A DNA stretch of 64,000 bases from assembly GCA_020437755.1 (NCBI GenBank), contig JAGQVX010000001.1:12009-76008 (forward strand), in the 5' to 3' direction. Shown piece by piece: positions 28,670 to 38,092 of the stretch (within the stretch, counting starts at the first letter, position 1; the number at the start of each line of letters is the position of its first letter). The position numbers were made by a program, and so were the translations under genes. This stretch comes from Flavobacteriales bacterium. Lineage in GTDB: Bacteria > Bacteroidota > Bacteroidia > Flavobacteriales_D > Sanyastnellaceae. Below the pieces are notes generated by a model. The model saw nothing but the letters and a program-made list of their open reading frames with translations. It was not told the origin of the DNA and made no database searches.

Positions 28670-28792
28670 GTCTCTGCACCATACATCGTGCCCATTATCT
28701 TCCCGCATTCAGCGGTTACGACCGCATTTGTATTGCATGGTAGCTTAATAATGTGAAATGAAGAAGGCTGATTACACGTGGGTATTCTTTCC
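28670..28792. repeat. Intergenic direct repeat R2, copy a
   Basis: An ~123-bp unit (gtctctgcaccatacatcgtg...atgtgaaatgaagaaggctgattacacgtgggtattctttcc). It aligns along its whole length with copy b exactly 600 bp downstream, at roughly 70% identity by eye. The best-conserved block is atgtgaaatgaagaagg. Confidence 0.7.
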
Positions 28793-28945
28793 TGACTTTG
28801 GCGCTGGAACACCCAATTGGAACGTGAATAGATTTTGGACTTCCTTTAATTCCATGTTCTACTCTTCCTTCCTTTATGGCCCTGTGCTCAGAGTTGCTGA
28901 TGATGAGTTTAAGTAAGCACTGAAGTCTGTAGCTCCATTTTTTTT

Positions 28946-29034
28946 GTTTCACGCAAAGGCGCTAAGTCGCAGAGGTAATAGTTCATTTTCAATCGTATTC
29001 CTCTCTTTGCGTCTCTGCGGCTTTGCGTGAAACA
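28946..29034. repeat. Palindromic hairpin repeat R1, copy a
   Basis: An 89-bp unit, gtttcacgcaaaggcgctaagtcgcagag...ctctgcggctttgcgtgaaaca. The outer arms tttcacgcaaagg/cctttgcgtgaaa-type are inverted repeats, and there is an inner agagg...cctct stem. Confidence 0.85.
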
Positions 29035-29094
29035 TATCACATCAAAAACCTCATTCCCGTTTCCCGGTTGCCTTATTCCGGTATTCCTTTTATT

Positions 29095-29183
29095 GATTCA
29101 CCCAAAGGCCCTAAGTCGCAGAAGTAATAGTTCATTTTCAATCGTATTCCTCTCTTTGCGTCTCTGCGGCTTTGCGTGAAACA
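29095..29183. repeat. Palindromic hairpin repeat R1, copy b
   Basis: Differs from copy a at 4 of 89 positions. The offset is 149 bp in the same orientation. Confidence 0.85.
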
Positions 29184-29269
29184 ACCTCCCGGACACCCAA
29201 ATCCAAGCTTGAAGAACTATACACGACTGAATAACAGTATATTATAACCTTTAAGCGCAGAAGTCAGGT

Positions 29270-29392
29270 GTCTCGGCACCCTGCATCGTATCCAATATCT
29301 ACGCGTATTCAGCAGGTACGGTCAAATGTATTACGTCGCAGGTCAAGTATGTGAAATGAAGAAGGATGATTGCGCTTGGGTATTTTTTACCC
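29270..29392. repeat. Intergenic direct repeat R2, copy b
   Basis: See copy a. It ends 1-2 nt before the stop codon of the convergent histidine-kinase gene (29394). Confidence 0.7.
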
Positions 29393-29393
29393 C

Positions 29394-31424
29394 TTAGTTC
29401 ATATTGGGCAACTGAAACGTCAGCTTCGATCCCTTCCCAACTGTGCTCTCCAACACCACCTTCCCACGGATCTTCTCCAAAGCAATCTTGACCAAATACA
29501 AGCCCAAACCGGCACCGGTTGATTTATGCGTGCCCTTCACAAACATGTCAAAGACATTCTCCCGAATCTTCTCATTGATACCCTGGCCGTTGTCTTCGAT
29601 GCACAGAATGGCACCCTTGCGGTCGGTAGTAATGGTGATGTTGCAAAAGTCCTCCTGCGTGCCCTGGCGGTACATCAAGGCATTGGCGATGGTCTTGCGA
29701 AGTATGACCTTCAGCAGCTTATAGTCGCTGTAGAACGGAGCCTTCTCCGTTATGTTCCAGTGCACCTTTACCGGACCATAACTGCCAATATCCTTTTGTT
29801 CCACGTCGTACCTGACCTTTGAAAAATCAATCAGCTCTACACTTGGTTCAACCTTTTTATAGTCCACGGCCCGGGAAAGGCTAATCAGTATATCGTCCAT
29901 CTGCTCGGTACAGCTCTCTATCAACCCAAGGTATTTCCTGGTCGCGGGCGTGTGCTCTTCGGTGTTGAGCAGACGGAGCAAACTTTTAATACTCGTAAGG
30001 GGGGTCCTAAGATCGTGCGACGACTTATAAATGTAGGTGTTCAACTCCTTGTTTGCCTTGCGCAGCTCCCTCGTTCTCCGATACACTTTCCACTCAAGTA
30101 TCTTGCTCAGCTTGCGCTTCTGAATAAACTCTCGATACACGAAAAACAACACAATGACCAGCGCAATCAACCCGCCAATCATGATCTTCTTCATCAACCC
30201 GTCCTGAACAGTCTTCAACTCGGCAACTTCGTCAAAATGGTCCTCGATGATCTGCATCTCATCCATCTTCTGCCGGTTCAATTCCTCCTGCAAATGGTAG
30301 TACTTCTGCGCAGCAATGGATAAATTCAGACTGTCTGCCGCCTGCATATGGTAGTAGGCATGCTCCCAATCCCCCTGGGATCGGTAAAAGGAGCTGATGC
30401 TCAGCTCCGCAGTGCGCTGCGCTACAATATTTCCTTGTTCCCGACTCCAGTCACGGGCATCGCTGAAGGCAATTAGGGCTTCGGTACGCTGACCGTTTTG
30501 CTCGTAGTAGTGCCCCAGCGACATAGCGATCGAGGGCAATGCTTTCTTCCTGTGCTCCTGCGCTATTTCCGATGCCTGCTCCAATGCGGAAATGGCTGAT
30601 TTGATGTCAGACATTTGACTGAAAAACCACGCCTTTTGTTCCAACGTGCGTACCTGCGATCGGTAATCATGGGAGCGGGCGCTGTTTTCCTCCGCGCGTT
30701 GCAAACTGGCTATCGCATCACTCCAGCGATGGGTGGTCTTGTAAACCACTACCAACTCTTCCAATACCTCATTGCTCGAGGCCGAAAAACCCAGTTCATC
30801 ATATATGGCGTAGCTTGTGGTGTAGTGCTCTTCAGCGGCGTTGAACTCTGAATTGGCAAAGTGTATCTTGCCAATCATCAGGTGAATCTCGGCCAAATCA
30901 ATCCGTCGATCACTCGACTCATAGTACTTCAGGGCCTCATGCAGTCGATCCAGAGCACGGTCGTATTCATACAAACCGTAATAGATCATACCCACCTTCA
31001 AATCCACTGCACCAATGCGCTGATCGTTTCCCATCCCGCGGTAAACCTTCAAGGCTTCCAAATAATGCTTCTGCGCCAGCTCCAGACTTCCTTGTTCGTA
31101 GTAAGTCTCTCCCAGGTAAAAATGGGCGTGCCCTCGTTCCTCCGCCTTCGCCGGAATATCCAGCTCGAGCACCTCCTGGAAAGTGGAAATAGCGTTGACG
31201 TGCTGCTCTAAATCGTGAAATGCACGACCCTTGAGCATGAGAAGACGGGAACGTTCTTCGCTGCTTGTGGCCACCTGAAGTGCCGAATCTACCCGGAGCA
31301 GTACTTCATCGGGCTGGTGCTGGTCCAACAATACCCCAAATCCATCTGACGATCCATAGGCGGTCAGGGAACCCAACACAATGCCTAAAAAGGTAAGGAC
31401 ATGATATGCAACACGAAAGGTCAA
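29394..31424 (-). CDS. Sensor histidine kinase with N-terminal TPR array
   Basis: Signal/TM segment, then about 8 TPR-like repeats, a TM helix (IMIGGLIALVIVLFFVY), a HisKA segment (SSHDLRTPLTSI) and HATPase_c boxes (DNGQGI, GAGLGLYLV). Confidence 0.9.
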   Translation of the reverse strand: MTFRVAYHVLTFLGIVLGSLTAYGSSDGFGVLLDQHQPDEVLLRVDSALQVATSSEERSRLLMLKGRAFHDLEQHVNAISTFQEVLELDIPAKAEERGHAHFYLGETYYEQGSLELAQKHYLEALKVYRGMGNDQRIGAVDLKVGMIYYGLYEYDRALDRLHEALKYYESSDRRIDLAEIHLMIGKIHFANSEFNAAEEHYTTSYAIYDELGFSASSNEVLEELVVVYKTTHRWSDAIASLQRAEENSARSHDYRSQVRTLEQKAWFFSQMSDIKSAISALEQASEIAQEHRKKALPSIAMSLGHYYEQNGQRTEALIAFSDARDWSREQGNIVAQRTAELSISSFYRSQGDWEHAYYHMQAADSLNLSIAAQKYYHLQEELNRQKMDEMQIIEDHFDEVAELKTVQDGLMKKIMIGGLIALVIVLFFVYREFIQKRKLSKILEWKVYRRTRELRKANKELNTYIYKSSHDLRTPLTSIKSLLRLLNTEEHTPATRKYLGLIESCTEQMDDILISLSRAVDYKKVEPSVELIDFSKVRYDVEQKDIGSYGPVKVHWNITEKAPFYSDYKLLKVILRKTIANALMYRQGTQEDFCNITITTDRKGAILCIEDNGQGINEKIRENVFDMFVKGTHKSTGAGLGLYLVKIALEKIRGKVVLESTVGKGSKLTFQLPNMN

Positions 31425-31490
31425 AATATACAGTTCTCGTTGTGTGGCGATACTATGACTTTTTTCCTGCTTCGTATGTCGGTCGAAGTC

Positions 31491-32543
31491 CTATTCATCC
31501 AAATTCCAATTGTGCTTGTCCAGGTCTTCCAGACAAGCTTTCAGCAATGAAATAGAATCCGAAATGTCCTGCTTGTGCGCCATTTCAATGACTGAGTGAA
31601 TGTGTCGCGTGGGGATCGATATGGCGCCGGCAATTGAGCCTCCCGGGGTCATGCGTTGGAGTCCTGCAGTGTCTGTGCCTCCTGCAGTCAGAATTTCAGG
31701 CTGCCATTTGATTTTGTGTTTGGCAGCCGTGTCCTTCATAAACTGAACCATGCGGGTATCGCAAATGGTATGACCATCCATAATTTTAATGGCAGTACCG
31801 GCTCCCAAACTGGTGACGCGCTCATGCGCAGCTGCCCCCGGTGTATCAAATGCAATCGTAGTATCCAGCGCAATGCCAAAGTCGGGATGGTGCTGCAATG
31901 CACTCACATTTGCACCGCGAATTCCCACTTCTTCTTGCACCGTGAAAGTAGCAAGCACCGTGCAGGCAGGCTTTTTAAGTTTCTTCAATGCTTCGATGAG
32001 GATAAATACGCTCACACGGTTGTCTATAGACTTGCAATTCACGCAATCCCCCATCTCAATCAGCTTGCGCTCCCGGGTCACGGGATTGCCAATCTCAATG
32101 TACTTTTCTACCTCACTTTTTGGCATGCCCAAATCGATGAAATAGTCCTCAATCTTTGGTGCCTTCGTGCGTTCTTCCGGCTTCATGATGTGGATCGGCT
32201 TTGAGCCCATCACCCCAATCAGGTCTTGCTTGCCGTGAACAATTACACGCTGTGCCGTCAAAGTCTTGGGGTCAAATCCGCCAAGTGTGTGGAACTTTAG
32301 GAAACCATTGTCGTCAATATGAGTGACCATGAAACCAATCTCGTCCATATGCGCAGCAACCTGGACTTTACGGTCGGTTTTTCCTTTGACAATGGCCGTT
32401 ACATTGCCCATAGCATCGGTGTGGATCTCGTCGGCCAGGGGCTTTACTTCACGCAAAACAATCTCGCGGATTCGACGCTCAAATCCAGGTGCTCCGGCTA
32501 CTTCACAAATCTCCGCCAGAAGCTTCACATTCAATCCCTTCAT
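31491..32543 (-). CDS. M42-family metallo-aminopeptidase (FrvX/glutamyl aminopeptidase-like)
   Basis: 350 aa. The sequence runs LLAEICEVAGAPGFERRIRE..., AHMDEIGFMVTHI, ...DNRVSVF..., QEEVGIRGA, and a C-terminal IPTRHIHS. Confidence 0.85.
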   Translation of the reverse strand: MKGLNVKLLAEICEVAGAPGFERRIREIVLREVKPLADEIHTDAMGNVTAIVKGKTDRKVQVAAHMDEIGFMVTHIDDNGFLKFHTLGGFDPKTLTAQRVIVHGKQDLIGVMGSKPIHIMKPEERTKAPKIEDYFIDLGMPKSEVEKYIEIGNPVTRERKLIEMGDCVNCKSIDNRVSVFILIEALKKLKKPACTVLATFTVQEEVGIRGANVSALQHHPDFGIALDTTIAFDTPGAAAHERVTSLGAGTAIKIMDGHTICDTRMVQFMKDTAAKHKIKWQPEILTAGGTDTAGLQRMTPGGSIAGAISIPTRHIHSVIEMAHKQDISDSISLLKACLEDLDKHNWNLDE

Positions 32544-32707
32544 GTAGTTGTACTTTTTTTCTAAAGTAGTGCGTACAAGGGACTTACAATGAACCGCGCC
32601 GGTTTTGTTTATACATCCGGTCGTTGAAAACTGAAATCAGCTTTCCTGCCATTTGGCGAATACCTTAAGATGTTGATTATGAAAAGAATACGCTATTCAG
32701 CAAATGA

Positions 32708-33712
32708 CTACTCGTTGTAGATCGTGTACATGAGTGTTTCACCTACCGCCTGCAACGCATTTTTGTCGATCACATCCATATTGTCCTTATGGGTATGGTG
32801 ATAAGAACCATAGGCCGACATGCCCATCATGAGCGTATTGGTATGGTACTCAACAATGCAGATCGACGGGATCCCACCAATTTCATTTACAAAACGATGA
32901 TCGTCAATGGTGTGTCCGCTTATCTCATCGGTAAAATACTTCCCGTTGCCCGATTTGCGGGCGTTGCGCCATACTTTCTCCACAATGTGTGGGGCAAAAT
33001 GCATCGATGTGCCTTCTTTTGGAAAGGATGCTGTATTGCTCCCTACCATGTCGAGCAAAATGCCATACTTCGCATGGTATCCGGGCTTGTGCTTGTTCTC
33101 CGACCAATATTGCGATCCAAGGCACCACGAGAGGTAGTTGCTCTCGGTTTTCGCAAATTCAGGGGTTCCGTAATCTTCGGTGTCGAAGAAAATGATGTCT
33201 ATGCCGTGGTCAGGCTTGGCATTCGCCAAATTTCGCGCTACTTCCAGCAATACACCTACACCGCTTCCTCCATCGTTGGCTCCATCAATGGGCTGCCGCT
33301 GCGCACTCTCCACCGAGTCTTTGTCGGCCCACGGACGGGTATCCCAGTGTGCATACAGCAGAATGCGTCGTTTGTTTTCGGGTTGGAACTGACCAATAAC
33401 ATTGATCATGCGCAAAGGCGTATTGTCATAGGCAAATACCGTGGCTTCCTGCCTAATAACCTCAGCTCCGTAGCTTTCCAGCTTGGACGCCATCCAATCG
33501 GCACACGCAAGCTGGGCATCGGAATTGGGAACTCGCGGACCAAAGTCAACCTGGTCTTGTACGAATTGATAGGCCGAATCCGCATTAAAGGGCGGTACTA
33601 CAACGTCCTTCTTATCTTGCTTGGTTTGATCACTGGCCAGGTCCTCATCGGGCTGGCATCCCACAAAAAACGTGGCTGTAATCAATAGGGTGAATAGGGA
33701 TTTATGCATCAT
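32708..33712 (-). CDS. M28-family lipoprotein, glutaminyl-peptide cyclotransferase-like
   Basis: 334 aa with lipobox FFVGC. Zinc-site-type segments are LLYAHWDTRPWADKD, DGANDGGSGVGVLLE and IFFDTEDYG, with a C-terminal YHHTHKD. Size, lipidation signal and layout match the type II bacterial glutaminyl cyclases described for Bacteroidetes. The start overlaps the cysS stop by 11 nt. Confidence 0.75.
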   Translation of the reverse strand: MMHKSLFTLLITATFFVGCQPDEDLASDQTKQDKKDVVVPPFNADSAYQFVQDQVDFGPRVPNSDAQLACADWMASKLESYGAEVIRQEATVFAYDNTPLRMINVIGQFQPENKRRILLYAHWDTRPWADKDSVESAQRQPIDGANDGGSGVGVLLEVARNLANAKPDHGIDIIFFDTEDYGTPEFAKTESNYLSWCLGSQYWSENKHKPGYHAKYGILLDMVGSNTASFPKEGTSMHFAPHIVEKVWRNARKSGNGKYFTDEISGHTIDDHRFVNEIGGIPSICIVEYHTNTLMMGMSAYGSYHHTHKDNMDVIDKNALQAVGETLMYTIYNE

Positions 33713-35170
33713 GAGACCAGGTTGTGCCTTCTTTTGAATCTTTTAACTGAACGTTGAGCTTGGCCAATTCGTCTCTGATTTGATCTGCCAGACCATAATT
33801 CTTCTCCACTTTAGCCGTTTGGCGCATGCCAATCAACATTTGCATCACACCGTCAACCAGTTCATCGTCACCCGAAACGCCTTCATCCACAAAGCCCAAT
33901 ACGTCGTAGTAGAAATCACTCATCGCAGATTTCAATACCTCCAAATTGGCCTGGTCAATAGCCATACTGCCGTCGCGCACGGAATTGATAGCCTTCACCC
34001 CCTCAAAAAGCACCGATATGGCAATCGGTGTATTGAAGTCGTCATTCATGGCGTCATGTAACCTTTTGGCGAATGCCGTAGCATCGAAATCATTCTGCGC
34101 ACCGGCTTCCAGACTCTTCATGGTCGAAAGGGCGGTGACCAGTTTCTTATAACCACGCTCTGCGGCCTGCAGCGCCTCATTCGAAAAATCAAGCGTACTG
34201 GCATAATGTCCTTGCAACATAAAAAAGCGAACGGTCATCGGACTGTAACCTTTGTCCAAAAGCTTGTGGTTGCCTGTAATCAATTCTTCCGGAGTGAATC
34301 CGTTGCCTTCCGACTTGGCCATCTTACGACCGTTCACGGTGAGCATGTTGCCATGGATCCAATACCGTACGGGAGATTCCCCCGTTGCGCCTATGTTCTG
34401 GGCAATTTCACATTCGTGATGCGGGAATTTCAAATCCATTCCACCACCGTGAATGTCAAAGTAGTTCCCAGGTACTTGGTGCTCATTGCCGAACACTCCA
34501 AATGCCATCCCGGAAAACCAATGCCCCATGGAGAAGGCCATTTCATGAGATGAGAAGGATCCGCATTTTTCCAAAGAGCGAAATCCAGTGAGTCACGCTT
34601 CTCATCTTGCCCGTCAAGCGATCGAGTGTTGGAAATCAATTCGTCAATTTTTCTGCCCGACAAATCACCATAGCCATGCTTTTCATTGAATTTCTTCACA
34701 TCGAAGTACACTGAACCATTCACTTCATAGGCAAATCCATTGGCTATGATTTGCTCAATCATCTCGATTTGCTCAATAATGTGACCGGTAGCCGTGGGCT
34801 CGATAGAAGGGGGTAGAATATTGAAAATGCGCATCACATCGCGAAAACCATTGGTGTATTTCTGCACTACTTCCATGGGTTCGAGATTGTCGAGCTTGGC
34901 TTTCTTTGCAATCTTATCTTCACCATCATCCGAATCTCCGGTGAGGTGACCTACATCGGTTATATTTCTTACGTAGCGCACCTTATATCCCAAATGGATC
35001 AGGTACCGGTAAATCACATCAAAAGTGAGGAATGTCCTCACATTGCCGAGATGCACATCACTGTACACCGTGGGCCCACACACATACATGCCCACAAATG
35101 GAGGTGAAAGCGGTTCAAACAGCTCTTTCTTCTTGGTGAGGCTGTTGTAGACAGACAAACTATTTTCCAT
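33702..35170 (-). pseudogene. cysS: Cysteine--tRNA ligase, split by a 1-nt frameshift (real or assembly artefact)
   Basis: ORF 34430..35170 carries the N-terminal half ([17 protein letters not shown] ... [16 protein letters not shown]). ORF 33702..34574 continues in another frame with [23 protein letters not shown]...KMAKSEGN. The junction is at sense-strand CTGGGAACTAC (plus strand 34461..34471). One extra G or A would restore ...[12 protein letters not shown].... Confidence 0.9.
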
Positions 35171-35260
35171 GCTGCAAATCTATTGGTTTTCTATAATCGA
35201 ATGAGGATGATTATTGGCATTTTCATGCAGGGGAAGAGCCTCAGCTCCATTGATGGGGAC

Positions 35261-35299
35261 AAAAAAAGCGAAGTTGCCCAATTGGAGCAACCCCGCTTT
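35261..35299 (-). terminator. Rho-independent terminator of gene 35334..36245
   Basis: On the minus strand: aaagcggggttgc-tccaattgg-gcaacttcgcttt followed by T7. The stem has two mismatches. Confidence 0.55.
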
Positions 35300-35333
35300 C
35301 TTTTATCTGGTCGTGATAATTAGCAGTCTTTTA

Positions 35334-36245
35334 TTAATCTTCGTCGGTGATGACGCCGGTACCAACATACTTGCCCGACTTATAAATCTCGATCCGGATC
35401 AGGATGCCGTCGCTATTGTAGCGGTGCCATTTACCACTCCACAATCGGCCGTTCTTGAATTCACCAATTTGAGTGATTTGCTGGTTGGCATCATATAATA
35501 CGTTGTAACCATTGGGCTTGAAGGCGAAGGCTTCGTTGGGTTCATCGGCAGTTGCTTCCGACTGCTTGGCAGTTGGATCGTCAGCAATGACTTCTTCCAT
35601 AGATGTGATTTTGTGTCCCACATTTTTCTTAGGATCCTTTTTAATGCTGCCCTCCACAAGAACACCATTTTCAAGCACTTTCTCTTCTTTCAGTCGGCCG
35701 TCGTCATAGTAGCGCTTCATCACACCACTTTCCTTGCCGTTGATGATATTGACTTCCAATTCCAGTTTTCCGTTTTCATGGAAGTACTTCTGAATTCCGT
35801 TACGCTTGCCGTTGTCGCTGAAGTAAAACTCCTGCTGCATATTTCCATTGGCATACCAACGCTTGAATTCTCCAATATTCTTGTTATGATCCCAAATGCC
35901 CTTTTCTTCCAATTGACCATTGTCATAGTAAACAGCATACTCACCTACCGGACGATTACGTTCGTAGTGAATTTCGCTCTTCAAATGACCATTGGGCCAG
36001 TAGCGCTTCCAATGCCCTTCCTTCTTGTTGTCGAGGTACTTGCCCTCTTCTACAGTTGAATTGGCATCGTACTCATTGGTATTGAGCATATAGCCTTTGA
36101 TAATCCAATATCCCTGTCGAAGACCCTGATTGTCAATCGCATTCAGTTCTTCTCCTCTCGGGGTCAGGGCAGACGCTGCTATTGCCGAGAATACAAGCAG
36201 AATAGCAGCTGCGAGTTTTGTAAATCTGTGGCAATGTGTAGTCAT
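35334..36245 (-). CDS. MORN-repeat (YwqK-like) secreted protein
   Basis: Signal peptide. The body has repeated G.W..YY.NG.L..E..Y units, such as GHWKRYWPNGHLKSEIHYE and GEYAVYYDNGQLEEKG. Confidence 0.75.
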   Translation of the reverse strand: MTTHCHRFTKLAAAILLVFSAIAASALTPRGEELNAIDNQGLRQGYWIIKGYMLNTNEYDANSTVEEGKYLDNKKEGHWKRYWPNGHLKSEIHYERNRPVGEYAVYYDNGQLEEKGIWDHNKNIGEFKRWYANGNMQQEFYFSDNGKRNGIQKYFHENGKLELEVNIINGKESGVMKRYYDDGRLKEEKVLENGVLVEGSIKKDPKKNVGHKITSMEEVIADDPTAKQSEATADEPNEAFAFKPNGYNVLYDANQQITQIGEFKNGRLWSGKWHRYNSDGILIRIEIYKSGKYVGTGVITDED

Positions 36246-36296
36246 GATTCGTGGGTTTTAGATCCTTAATCCTTACCCACTTCTACGCTACAAATC

Positions 36297-37271
36297 TTAA
36301 AAAGTTACCTCCGAAGCAGCTATTTGTGCGCGAATCTCCCGAATCATCACTTCGGTCATGGCTGAGAGGTCATACTGTCGCTGCCATCCCCAATCCCGAC
36401 GGGCGTAATCGTCGTTGATCGATGAAGGCCATGAATCGGCAATATTCTGACGGAAATCGGGATTGTAATCAATCGTAAATCCGGGAATGTGCTTCTTGAT
36501 CTCGGCCGCGATGCCGGCAGGAGTGAAACTCATGCCCGACAGATTATATGAGGTTCTGATCGGAACACGATCGGCAGGTGCATTGGTGATCTCTATGGTA
36601 GCCCGAATCGCATCATCCATGTACATCATTGGCAATGCGGTGTCTTCTTTCAGAAAACTGGTATAATGTCCGTGACGTATGGCCTCGTGGAAAATCTCCA
36701 CGGCGTAATCCGTTGTTCCGCCTCCCGGTGCAGATTTATAACTAATCAGACCCGGATATCGAATGCTGCGCACATCTACACCAAACTTCTGATGATAATA
36801 CGAGCACCACTGCTCCCCGGCGAGCTTCGAAATGCCGTAAACCGTTGTGGGCTCACAAATAGTGTGCTGAGGAGTGTCAATAGGCGGAGTGGTAGGTCCG
36901 AACACCGCAATACTGCTGGGCCAGAAAATCTTCTTGATCTTTCCGGCACGTGCCAAATCAAGAACATAAAACAAACTGGTCATGTTCAGATCCCAGGCTT
37001 TGTCCGGATTCTTTTCCGCAGTTGCCGAAAGCATTGCCGCCAAATGATAAACGGTATCAATATTATGCTTCTCTACAACCCGCAGCAAATCCTGGTCATT
37101 CAGAATGTTCAGGTTTTCGAAAGGTCCCCCATCCACAATCTCCGGAATGGCAGGCACCCGGATGTCCGACGCCACCACATTCGTATCACCAAACTCTTTG
37201 CGCAACGTCAGCACAAGATCAACTCCGATCTGTCCGGCGGCTCCGATTACCAAAATTTTTCCACTTGCCAT
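36297..37271 (-). CDS. tdh: NAD-dependent epimerase/dehydratase-family enzyme, SDR-type L-threonine 3-dehydrogenase-like
   Basis: Rossmann motif VIGAAGQIG and catalytic YGISK. The length (324 aa) and the sequence around LAAMLSATAEKNPDKAWDLNM match my recollection of short-chain TDHs. The specific substrate is an inference. Confidence 0.65.
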   Translation of the reverse strand: MASGKILVIGAAGQIGVDLVLTLRKEFGDTNVVASDIRVPAIPEIVDGGPFENLNILNDQDLLRVVEKHNIDTVYHLAAMLSATAEKNPDKAWDLNMTSLFYVLDLARAGKIKKIFWPSSIAVFGPTTPPIDTPQHTICEPTTVYGISKLAGEQWCSYYHQKFGVDVRSIRYPGLISYKSAPGGGTTDYAVEIFHEAIRHGHYTSFLKEDTALPMMYMDDAIRATIEITNAPADRVPIRTSYNLSGMSFTPAGIAAEIKKHIPGFTIDYNPDFRQNIADSWPSSINDDYARRDWGWQRQYDLSAMTEVMIREIRAQIAASEVTF

Positions 37272-37567
37272 GGTCTACTCCAGATTTGAGGAGGTCAAAA
37301 ATACGAAATACCCTTTGTTTTAACGATATGCCCGCTTTTTTGGTTTCCCCCACATCAAAGGTGCTGACTCAGGCTGTCAATATCGTCGTGGATTAGATTG
37401 CAAATTATCCCCTTTCCGTTCCGACTTTATTTCAATATTTGTAGCAGTAAACGTCTATTCTGCAAGTGAATCCATAAAAGGGAACAGTTTTGCTCGTCAA
37501 ATCAATTCCCGTCATACCCCGGACCAGCTATAGTCAGACGAGATGTTGAATAGCCAAATGCAAGCGA

Positions 37568-38089
37568 TTGGAAAGCCAGGATCAACATTTTACGGAACTC
37601 ACCTACAACGACTTTCAAAGCATTTTCTCGGAAATGTTTGATAGCATCCGGAACTACATTTATTTCAAAGTAGCTGATGCTGATTTGGCGGAAGATATCG
37701 CTCAGGATACCTTCGTAAAACTCTGGGAAAATCGCACTCGAATTGATCTGAAAACGGTGAAATCCTATTTGTATACTATTGCCAATAATCTGACAATCAA
37801 CTACATGAAGCGTCAGCAATTGCAGTACAAATTTGTCAATTCCCGGCCGCTATCGAGTGAAATTAAAGACCCGGAATACCAGCTCGAGATCAAGGAATAT
37901 GAACAAAAACTTATGAACGTCATATCTTCCATGCCTGAAGGATGCAGGGAGGTATTTCTCATGAATCGTATTGAAGATCTTAAATACCGCGAAATCGCCG
38001 ATCGATTGGGATTGAGTATCAAGGCTATTGAAAAGCGCATGAGTAAAGCCATCCAAATCATCCGCGATGAACTTGGTGTAGATATTTAA
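37568..38089 (+). CDS. ECF-type RNA polymerase sigma-70 factor
   Basis: 173 aa with a TTG start. Region 2 is DAEDIAQDTFVKLWE-like and region 4 is an HTH (YREIADRLGLSIKAIEKRMSKA). Confidence 0.9.
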   Translation: MESQDQHFTELTYNDFQSIFSEMFDSIRNYIYFKVADADLAEDIAQDTFVKLWENRTRIDLKTVKSYLYTIANNLTINYMKRQQLQYKFVNSRPLSSEIKDPEYQLEIKEYEQKLMNVISSMPEGCREVFLMNRIEDLKYREIADRLGLSIKAIEKRMSKAIQIIRDELGVDI

Positions 38090-38092
38090 ACC

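Noticed and set aside
28946-29183. A possible CRISPR array, given two near-identical repeats.
   Set aside because: There are only two copies, the units are 89 bp and strongly palindromic with a 60-bp gap, and no cas genes are present. That does not match CRISPR geometry.
28603-29393. tmRNA, RNase P RNA or another housekeeping ncRNA in the two large gene-free gaps (also 16761..17647).
   Set aside because: I found no GGTTCGAATCC-type T-arm with an acceptor end. I also found no GAGGAAAGTCC-type RNase P core and no other signature I could recognise by eye. A covariance-model scan would be needed to be certain.
32789-33688. Long antisense ORFs inside real genes. Examples: 299 aa opposite the M28 gene, 230 aa at 17786..18478 opposite the C25 gene, 207 aa at 36666..37289 opposite tdh, and 190 aa at 45852..46424 opposite napA.
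   Set aside because: These are shadow ORFs of long, well-supported genes on the other strand. Their composition is skewed and rich in Arg, Cys and His, and they carry no motifs.
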